DNA of 64,000 nucleotides, from contig NIVC01001593.1 of NCBI GenBank assembly GCA_002269645.1, forward strand, positions 50,287 to 114,286, given 5' to 3'. Position 1 is the stretch's first letter, and every line of letters starts with the position of its first letter. A program made the position numbers and the translations under genes. The notes beneath the pieces were generated by a model. The model worked only from the letters and a program-made list of their open reading frames with translations, did not search any database and was not told where the DNA came from. The stretch comes from Macrostomum lignano (lineage: Eukaryota). Positions 50,901 to 64,000 of the stretch are shown piece after piece.

Positions 50901-53900
50901 TGAAGGAATACAATGGATTGCTAATCTAGCCTACACCATGGATGAAGGAATACAATGGATTGCTAATCTAGCCTACACCATGGATGAAGGAATACAATGG
51001 ATTGCTAATCTAGCCTACACCATGGATGAAGGAATACAATGGATTGCTAATCTAGCCTACACCATGGATGAAGGAATACAATGGATTGCTAATCTAGCCT
51101 ACACCATGGATGAAGGAATACAATGGATTGCTAATCTAGCCTACACCATGGATGAAGGAATAGAGGATTGCTAATCTAGCCTACACCATGGATGAAGGAA
51201 TAGAATGGATTGCTAATCTAGCCTACACCATGGATGAAGGAATAGATGGATTGCTAATCTAGCCTACACCATGGATGAAGGAATAGAATGGATTGCTAAT
51301 CTAGCCTACACCATGGATGAAGGAATAGAATGGATTGCTAATCTAGCCTACACCATGGATGAAGGAATAGAATGGATTGCTAATCTAGCCTACACCATGG
51401 ATGAAGGAATACAATGGATTGCTAATCTAGCCTACACCATGGATGAAGGAATACAATGGATTGCTAATCTAGCCTACACCATGGATGAAGGAATAGAATG
51501 GATTGCTAATCTAGCCTACATCATGGATGAAGGAATAGAATGGATTGCTAATCTAGCCTACACCATGGATGAAGGAATACAATGGATTGCTAATCTAGCC
51601 TACACCATGGATGAAGGAATACAATGGATTGCTAATCTAGCCTACACCATGGATGAAGGAATACAATGGATTGCTAATCTAGCCTACACCATGGATGAAG
51701 GAATACAATGGATTGCTAATCTAGCCTACACCATGGATGAAGGAATAGAATGGATTGCTAATCTAGCCTACACCATGGATGAAGGAATAGAATGGATTGC
51801 TAATCTAGCCTACACCATGGATGAAGGAATACAATGGATTGCTAATCTAGCCTACACCATGGATGAAGGAATACAATGGATTGCTAATCTAGCCTACACA
51901 TGGATGAAGGAATAGAATGGATTGCTAATCTAGCCTACACCATGGATGAAGGAATAGAATGGATTGCTAATCTAGCCTACACCATGGATGAAGGAATACA
52001 ATGGATTGCTAATCTAGCCTACACCATGGATGAAGGAATACAATGGATTGCTAATCTAGCCTACACATGGATGAAGGAATAGAATGGATTGCTAATCTAG
52101 CCTACACCATGGATGAAGGAATACAATGGATTGCTAATCTAGCCTACACATGGATGAAGGAATACAATGGATTGCTAATCTAGCCTACACCATGGATGAA
52201 GGAATACAATGGATTGCTAATCTAGCCTACACCATGGATGAAGGAATAGAATGGATTGCTAATCTAGCCTACACCATGGATGAAGGAATAGAATGGATTG
52301 CTAATCTAGCCTACACCATGGATGAAGGAATAGAATGGATTGCTAATCTAGCCTACACCATGGATGAAGGAATAGAATGGATTGCTAATCTAGCCTACAC
52401 CATGGATGAAGGAATACAATGGATTGCTAATCTAGCCTACACCATGGATGAAGGAATAGAATGGATTGCTAATCTAGCCTACACCATGGATGAAGGAATA
52501 CAATGGATTGCTAATCTAGCCTACACATGGATGAAGGAATAGAATGGATTGCTAATCTAGCCTACACCATGGATGAAGGAATACAATGGATTGCTAATCT
52601 AGCCTACACCATGGATGAAGGAATAGAATGGATTGCTAATCTAGCCTACACCATGGATGAAGGAATACAATGGATTGCTAATCTAGCCTACACCATGGAT
52701 GAAGGAATACAATGGATTGCTAATCTAGCCTACACCATGGATGAAGGAATACAATGGATTGCTAATCTAGCCTACACATGGATGAAGGAATACAATGGAT
52801 TGCTAATCTAGCCTACACCATGGATGAAGGAATACAATGGATTGCTAATCTAGCCTACACCATGGATGAAGGAATAGAATGGAATTGCTAATCTAGGCTA
52901 CACCATGGATGAAGGAATACAATGAATTGCTAATCTAGCCTACACCATGGATGAAGGAATAGAGTGAATTGCTAATCTAGCCTACACCATGGATGAAGGA
53001 ATAGAGTGATTGCTAATCTAGCCTACACATGGATGAAGGAATAGAATGGATTGCTAATCTAGCCTACACATGGATGAAGGAATAGAATGGATTGCTAATC
53101 TAGCCTACACCATGGATGAAGGAATACAATGGATTGCTAATCTAGCCTACACATGGATGAAGGAATACAATGGATTGCTAATCTAGCCTACACCATGGAT
53201 GAAGGAATACAATGGATTGCTAATCTAGCCTACACCATGGATGAAGGAATAGAATGGATTGCTAATCTAGCCTACACCATGGATGAAGGAATAGAATGGA
53301 TTGCTAATCTAGCCTACACCATGGATGAAGGAATAGAATGGATTGCTAATCTAGCCTACACCATGGATGAAGGAATACAATGGATTGCTAATCTAGCCTA
53401 CACCATGGATGAAGGAATACAATGGATTGCTAATCTAGCCTACACCATGGATGAAGGAATACAATGGATTGCTAATCTAGCCTACACCATGGATGAAGGA
53501 ATACAATGGATTGCTAATCTAGCCTACACCATGGATGAAGGAATACAATGGATTGCTAATCTAGCCTACACCATGGATGAAGGAATACAATGGATTGCTA
53601 ATCTAGCCTACACCATGGATGAAGGAATACAATGGATTGCTAATCTAGCCTACACCATGGATGAAGGAATACAATGGATTGCTAATCTAGCCTACACCAT
53701 GGATGAAGGAATACAATGGATTGCTAATCTAGCCTACACCATGGATGAAGGAATACAATGGATTGCTAATCTAGCCTACACCATGGATGAAGGAATACAA
53801 TGGATTGCTAATCTAGCCTACACCATGGATGAAGGAATACAATGGATTGCTAATCTAGCCTACACCATGGATGAAGGAATACAATGGATTGCTAATCTAG

Positions 53901-54654
53901 CCTACACCATGGATGAAGGAATACAATGGATTGCTAATCTAGCCTACACCATGGATGAAGGAATACAATGGATTGCTAATCTAGCCTACACCATGGATGA
54001 AGGAATACAATGGATTGCTAATCTAGCCTACACCATGGATGAAGGAATACAATGGATTGCTAATCTAGCCTACACCATGGATGAAGGAATACAATGGATT
54101 GCTAATCTAGCCTACACATGGATGAAGGAATAGAATGGATTGCTAATCTAGCCTACATCATGGATGAAGGAATAGAATGGATTGCTAATCTAGCCTACAT
54201 CATGGATGAAGGAATAGAATGGATTGCTAATCTAGCCTACATCATGGATGCAGGAATACAATGGATTGCTAATCTAGCCTACATCATGGATGAAGGAATA
54301 GAATGTATTGCTAATCTAGCCTGCATCATGGATGAAGGAATAGAATGGATTGCTAATCTAGCCTGCACCATGGATGCAGGAATACAATGGATTGCTAATC
54401 TAGCCTACATCATGGATGCAGGAATAGAATGGATTGCTAATCTAGCCTACATCATGGATGAAGGAATACAATGGATTGCTAATCTAGCCTACACCATGGA
54501 TGCAGAAAATAGAATGGATCGCTAATCTAGCCTACATCATGGATGCAGGAATACAATGGATTGCTAATCTAGCCTACACCATGGATGCAGGAATAGAATG
54601 GATCGCTAATCTAGCCTACATCATGGATGCAGGAATACAATGGATTGCTAATCT
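44989..54654 (+). repeat. 42-bp tandem array, ~9.7 kb, ~230 copies (ATGGATGAAGGAATACAATGGATTGCTAATCTAGCCTACACC)n
   Basis: 42-bp period; variants limited to a few sites, plus scattered 1-nt deletions. Confidence 0.97.
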
Positions 54655-55285
54655 CGAGGACTTCTGAATTAGAAATTTTTTATCCTTTCACAACTATTAT
54701 GCACCAAAAGGTCATGTACTATGGGCATTTGTTAAAATTCAAGCATTTTTGTCAAGATATATACAAGTAAATGGCAAATTTAAGCATCTATTTGAATGAT
54801 CGATAATTCAAAGAATTGTGATTTGCACATTTATTTAAAATGGTTGTGGTTAAATAATAATAATAATAGTGCTAATATTGCTCATAAATTTTGCACATAG
54901 TTAAAGCGTATCATTATTGTAAAGAATCAAAACTACTGTGTACTGCTCGCTAGCAAGAGAAATAAGCAACAACTACTTATAGCGTCTGCATTGAATTTTT
55001 CGGAAAAATTTAATAAGAAACCTCAGTTTAGTGGTAAATAGGATAATAAAGCGCCATTGCTATATGCTGTTGAATTGAACTTTCCACGCGAAGCAACGTT
55101 AAGACACTCTTCTATCTGAAGCCACGGGTCTATTATATCACATGGACTACTAAAGTACAAAGGGGCGCTGAATGGAAAATTTTGACGACCCAAATTCGGT
55201 GCAGTATTCACTAACAAATCTTTCTTGTGTTAATAGTTAATGAAGAAATCTGCGAGATCAGAATTTTAGTATTTCTACTAATAAG

Positions 55286-56160
55286 TCTAGAAGTCCATGG
55301 TACAGTCCCTCTAGAAGTCCTTGGCACAGTCCCTCTCTAGTCTAGAAGTCCATGGTACAGTCCCTCTAGAAGTCCTTGGCACAGTCCCTCTCTAGTCTAG
55401 AAGTCCATGGTACAGTCCCTCTAGAAGTCCTTGGCACAGTCCCTCTCTAGTCTATAAGTCCATGGTACAGTCCCTCTCTAGTCTAGAAGTCCATGGTACA
55501 GTCCCTCTAGAAGTCCTTGGCACAGTCCCTCTCTAGTCTATAAGTCCATGGTACAGTCCCTCTAGAAGTCCTTGGTACAGTCCCTCTAGAAATCCATGGT
55601 ACAGTCCCTCTAGAAGTCCATGGTACAGTCCCTCTAGAAATCCATGGTACAGTCCCTCTAGAAGTCCATGGTACAGTCCCTCTCTAGTCTAGAAGTCCAT
55701 GGTACAGTCCCTCTCTAGTCTAGAAGTCCATGGTACAGTCCCTCTAGAAGTCCATGGTACAGTCCCTCTCTAGTCTAGAAGTCCTTGGTACAGTCCCTCT
55801 AGAAGTCCTTGGTACATTCCCTCTAGAAGTCCATGGTACAGTCCCTCTCTAGTCTAGAAGTCCTTGGTACAGTCCCTCTCTAGTCTAGAATTCCTTGGTA
55901 CAGTCCCTCTCTAGTCTAGAAGTCCATGGTACAGTCCCTCTAGAAGTCCATGGTACAGTCCCTCTCTAGTCTAGAAGTCCTTGGTACAGTCCCTCTAGAA
56001 GTCCATGGTACAGTCCCTCTAGAAGTCCTTGGTACAGTCCCTCTCTAGTCTAGAAGTCCTTGGTACAATCCCTCTCTAGTCTAGAAGTCCTTGGTACAAT
56101 CCCTCTCTAGTCTAGAAGTCCTTGGTACAGTCTCTCTACAAGTCCATGGTACAGTCCCAC
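55286..56160 (+). repeat. 24/31-bp minisatellite (CTAGAAGTCCATGGTACAGTCCCT[CTCTAGT])n
   Basis: Direct periodicity, just downstream of the GS-like stop codon. Confidence 0.92.
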
Positions 56161-56989
56161 CTAGCCTAGTCATTGGTTATGGTCTTTCTAGGTTAAAAGT
56201 CCATGCAACACAGCATTTTTCACTTTCTAAGATGTGGTAGCCTCATCAGTCTACAGATTCTCCAGGTACTGGGCCCGCTCCCAGGCCAGCTTCTTGGCAT
56301 CATCGCTAGTCGGCATGCTGGCCTGCACCAAGCCGAGGTCAAACTGGCGCTTCAACGTCACGTAGAACTCGATGAGCTGCGGGCCGAGCGCCTGCTGCAT
56401 CACCGTGTCGGCCTCCAGCGCCGCCAGCGCCTCCTCCATGCTGCTCGGCAGGCGGCCGGCGTCCCGACTGCCCTCCGGCGGCAGAGTCAGCTGACGCTCC
56501 AGACCGTCCAGCCCGGCGGCCAGGGTGGCAGCGGTCACGATGTAGGCGTTGGCGGCGGAGCTGGGCATCCGGTTCTCAATGTAGCTGCCGCCCGGGTTGG
56601 CGTCGGAGCCCAGCTTGACGCGGAAGGTGGCGTTGCGAGACTGCACGGCCCAGTCGGCAAAGTCCGGCGTGAACGGCAGGTGCAATCGGCGATAGCAGTT
56701 CACCGTCGGCGAGGTAAGCGCGGCGATGGCGGCCGAGTGGTGGATCAGGCCGGCGAGCCAGTGCCGCATCACGGCCGACATTTTGCGCTCCTGGGCAGCG
56801 TCGAAGAAGGCGTTGGCGCGGCGGTCTGCAGACCAGAGCGAGTGGTTGAAGTGCAGCCCGCTGCCGGCCTCGCCGCTGCACGGCACCGCCATGAATGAGA
56901 CGATGTAGCCGTGGTTCTGGGCCACCTGGAATGGAACCCGGGATGGCTTTTCTGTCCCTCTAGACTTCTACTGATGATTATCTTTTCTG

Positions 56990-58220
56990 CAATGCGATGA
57001 TTCTACTGATGATTCTACTGATGATTCTACTGATGATTCTACTGATGATTCTACTGATGATTCTACTGATGATTCTACTGATGATTCTACTGATGATTCT
57101 ACTGATGATTCTACTGATGATTCTACTGATGATTCTACTGATGATTCTACTGATGATTCTACTGATGATTCTACTGATGATTCTACTGATGATTCTACTG
57201 ATGATTCTACTGATGATTCTACTGATGATTCTACTGATGATTCTACTGATGATTCTAATGATGATTCTACTGATGATTCTACTGATGATTCTACCGATGA
57301 TTCTACTGATGATTCTACTGATGATTCTACTGATGATTCTACTGATGATTCTACTGATGATTCTACTGATGATTCTACCGATGATTCTACTGATGATTCT
57401 ACTGATGATTCTACTGATGATTCTACTGATGATTCTACTGATGATTCTACTGATGATTCTACTGATGATTCTACTGATGATTCTACTGATGATTCTAATG
57501 ATGATTCTACTGGTGATTCTACTGATGATTCTACTGATGATTCTACTGATGATTCTACTGATGATTCTACTGATGATTCTAATGATGATTCTACTGATGA
57601 TTCTACTGATGATTCTACCGATGATTCTACTGATGATTCTACTGATGATTCTACTGATGATTCTACTGATGATTCTACTGATGATTCTACTGATGATTCT
57701 ACTGATGATTCTACTGATGATTCTACTGATGATTCTACCGATGATTCTACTGATGATTCTACTGATGATTCTACTGATGATTCTACTGATGATTCTACTG
57801 ATGATTCTACTGATGATTCTATTGATGATTCTACTGTAGATTTCGCTGATGATTATCTTCCCTGTATTGTGATGATTCTACTGATGATTCTACTGTAGAT
57901 TCCGCTGATGATTATCTTCCCTGTATTATGATGATTCTACTGATGATTCTACTGATGATTATCTTCCCTGTAGATTTTGATGGTTCTACTGATAATTCTA
58001 CTGATGATTATATTCTCTGTGGATTGTGATGATTCTACTGATGATTATCTTCCCTGTGGATTTTGATGATTCTACTGATGATTCTACTGATGATTCTACT
58101 GATGATTCTACTGATCATTATTTTATCGGTGGATTATGATGATTCTCCTGATGATTCTACTGATGATTCTACTGCTAATTATCTTTCCTGAGGATCGTGA
58201 TGATTCTTCTGATGATATCC
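56990..58220 (+). repeat. 12-bp (GATGATTCTACT)n expansion grading into an older, longer degenerate repeat (GS-like intron 2)
   Basis: Homogeneous core at 56990-57840; the degenerate tail contains GATGATTATCTTCCCTGT. Confidence 0.93.
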
Positions 58221-58642
58221 TCTAAGCTGTGGATTATTTTTCAAATGTTTTTTCAATAATTATTATTTCTCTCGGTGACAAATGATTTGTGACTGAGTGG
58301 CTATTTCACGGTTTTAAAAAGCGCATATTAATAATTAATTGAAAAAATGCCGCAAAGGGGCTAGGCCAGAACGCACCTGCCTGACAATGTCCCGATAGAG
58401 GAAGCCCTCGTCAGGACCGCAGATGCCCCACTTGGGCGCCATGGTGACCTCCATCTGGCCGCAGCCAAACTCGGTGTGCAGCGCCTCAACGCGCAGGCCG
58501 GCAGACTGCAGGGCCTGGTGAATGTCCAGCAGCAGAGGCTCGTACTTGTGCGCCAGGATGCTGCAGTAGGGATCCACGCGGCTCTCGTGCCAGGTGTACT
58601 CTGCCACGTCCTCCTGGGGTGCGAGTTCAGATTTAGCTGGAA

Positions 58643-59385
58643 CTCAGATCCCCCACTTCCTCAGATCCCCCACTTCCTCAGATCCCCCACTTCCTCAGAT
58701 CCCCCACTTCCTCAGATCCCCCACTTCCTCAGATCCCCCACTTCCTCAGATCCCCCACTTCCTCAGATCCCCCACTTCCTCAGATCCCCCACTTCCTCAG
58801 ATCCCCACTTCCTCAGATCCCCCACTTCCTCAGATCCCCCACTTCCTCAGATCCCCCACTTCCTCAGATCCCCCACTTCCTCAGATCCCCCACTTCTTCA
58901 GATCCCCCACTTCCTCAGATCCCCCACTTCCTCAGATCCCCCACTTCCTCAGATCCCCCACTTCTTCAGATCCCCCACTTCCTCAGATCCCCCACTTCCT
59001 CAGATCCCCCACTTCCTCAGATCCCCCACTTCCTCAGATCCCCCACTTCCTCAGATCCCCCACTTCCTCAGATCCCCCACTTCCTCAGATCCCCCACTTC
59101 CTCAGATCCCCCACTTCCTCAGATCCCCCACTTCCTCAGATCCCCCACTTCCTCAGATCCCCCACTTCCTCAGATCCCCCACTTCCTCAGATCCCCCACT
59201 TCCTCAGATCCCCCACTTCCTCAGATCCCCCACTTCCTCAGATCCCCCACTTCCTCAGATCCCCCACTTCCTCAGATCCCCCACTTCCTCAGATCCCCCA
59301 CTTCCTCAGATCCCCCACTTCCTCAGATCCCCCACTTCCTCAGATTCCCCACTTCCTCAGATCCCCCACTTCCTCAGATCCCCTT
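58643..59385 (+). repeat. 17-bp minisatellite (CAGATCCCCCACTTCCT)n (GS-like intron 1)
   Basis: 17-bp period; fills nearly the whole intron. Confidence 0.95.
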
Positions 59386-60154
59386 TCCCCAGGTTACTCT
59401 AAATCGACAAAAATGCAGACCTTCGGCTTGATGAAGAGGCGCCACTCCAGCTCCACGGCGCTGTACAAGGCCAGCCCGTGCCCGGCCAGCCGCTCGATCT
59501 GGCGCTTCGCGGCATTCCTCGAGTCGAACTGCACCGGGGTGCCGTCGTGCCAGGCGGAGCTGCAGATCACCTGGCCAATACTGGCGGCGCCGTCCTGGCC
59601 GGGAGGGCAGCGGGACCAGGAGACCAGGTGGAATGAGTCTGGATCCGGCAGCATCGAGCAGTCAGGGAAGCCGTTGTCGACAATCCACTGCACCTCAGGA
59701 GCGAAGCTGGTGCAGGCCAGCGAGAGCACCGCGGAGCAGCAGTCGCGACCGCCGGACTTGAAGAATCTGCGACACTGCGACACATCGCGCCGGGGATCTC
59801 CTTGAGTCGGGCGATGCCGTTCAGATCCGGGAACACCCACCGGACCAGAAGGAGCGCCTCGCATTGACGCAGGAATTCCTCCGCTTTGCTGTCCATCGGT
59901 CCGCCTCTTTCCGACTACTGCGAATAATGAGTGTTCGGGATGAGCCGTGCGCGAAACTGCCGGTTTTATAGAATTTGAAAAATTCAAAGGTCATGCTCGG
60001 GTGACACGAACCCAGTGACCTCAACTGTTCAGCTCAAGAAAAAAACAGAAAGCAAATCCACACGCACTGGTAGAAGCGATGGAAATTTAAAATCGTTTCC
60101 ATGCAGACCCGAGTGTAATGACCCGTAATTACTGTGTAAAAACAATTAATCAAA

Positions 60155-60650
60155 ATGACCAGAAACACTATCTATGAGCACAATGTACTGACCAGAAACA
60201 CTATCTATGAGCACAATGTACTGACCAGAAACACTATCTATGAGCACAATTTACTGACCAGAAACACTGTCTATGAGCACAATGTACTGACCAGAAACAC
60301 TATCTATGAGCACAATTTACTGACCAGAAACACTATCTATGAGCACAATGTACTGACCAGAAACACTATCTATGAGCACAATGTACTGACCAGAAACACT
60401 GTCTATGAGCACAATGTACTGACCAGAAACACTGTCTATGAGCACAATGTACTGACCAGAAACACTGTCTATGAGCACAATGTACTGACCAGAAACACTA
60501 TCTATGAGCACAATGTACTGACCAGAAACACTGTCTATGAGCACAATGTACTGACCAGAAACACTGTCTATGAGCACAATGTACTGACCAGAAACACTAT
60601 CTATGAGCACAATGTACTGACCAGAAACACTGTCTATGAGCACAATGTAC
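60155..60650 (+). repeat. 33-bp minisatellite (TGACCAGAAACACTATCTATGAGCACAATGTAC)n
   Basis: 33-bp period, about 15 copies. Confidence 0.95.
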
Positions 60651-60671
60651 GTCGTTGCCATCTTATTACAG

Positions 60672-63661
<2,990 letters not shown>

Positions 63662-64000
63662 GTCAGTTCTCAATGGGCCTGACTGCTAGCAAAACTCAGT
63701 TTACCTGCGTAGATATTCAAAGGCTACTTTTCCAAGAATTCACTGGCTCATAGATTTAATGATGACAAATTGTTGGGTGTAACTGCTGAAACCAGTTTCC
63801 ATGCACTTGTGTTATAATAACTACATGTAGCTGGTAAGGACTGCGATCTATGAAGAATCAGCAAAGCTAGAAATAAGAAGTTGTTTCTCAGATTTTTATT
63901 GACTTCACAAAATGCGCGAATTCGCAATTCTTGTTTCCCAACTTGGCGGGCATTTTATGGTCATTTTATTGCAGTCGTGCTTTGAGGCCCTTCTCTGGAA

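Larger units (their letters stand above)
56251..59896 (-). pseudogene. Glutamine synthetase type I / lengsin-like gene, frameshifted in exon 1 as assembled (exons 59421-59896, 58377-58613, 56251-56925)
   Basis: Motifs FPDLNGIARLKEIP, DCSMLPD, VELEW, LHTEFGCGQMEV, GSGLHFNHSL, SRNATFRV and IENRMP. GT-AG introns in phase 0. Exon 1 is 476 nt and becomes in frame (468 nt, 459-aa product) when one copy of an 8-bp duplication is removed. Confidence 0.85.

Noticed and set aside
44893-54525. MDEGIQWIANLAYT repeat-protein ORFs as a confident CDS
   Set aside because: Stop-codon and frameshift variants have spread through the array, so it is called a repeat and kept only as a low-probability finding.
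44989-54654. CRISPR array
   Set aside because: There are no unique spacers (the whole unit repeats), no cas genes, and the context is eukaryotic. The same applies to the other minisatellites.

Overview
Eukaryotic (animal) genomic DNA. The GC-rich exons, poly-Gln/Gly tracts and minisatellite-packed introns resemble a flatworm such as Macrostomum, but this is inference only. From left to right: (1) the 5' seven exons of a TBL1X/TBL1XR1 (ebi) WD40 gene on the minus strand, with three introns each filled by a different minisatellite; (2) a full-length 10.46-kb Ty3/gypsy LTR retrotransposon (10373-20828, AACCC target-site duplication) with gag, a G-GGA-AAC -1 frameshift signal, pol broken by three 1-nt deletions, an array of about 11 small hairpins, an extra non-env ORF of about 250 aa, and no recognisable PPT; (3) a near-identical head-to-tail triplication of a 5469-bp unit (19892-36297) carrying a truncated LTR, a CORE-type SINE and an uncharacterised spliced gene, whose first exon is fused in frame to an antisense LTR ATG in two of the three copies; (4) a 4-exon 218-aa gene and a single-exon 514-aa gene, both unidentified; (5) a ~9.7-kb array of a 42-bp unit; (6) a GS-I/lengsin-like glutamine synthetase-family gene frameshifted by an exact 8-bp tandem duplication; (7) further mini- and microsatellites and tentative plus-strand exons. 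No CRISPR array, rRNA or intact tRNA was found. All identifications come from reading the sequence; no database search was run.
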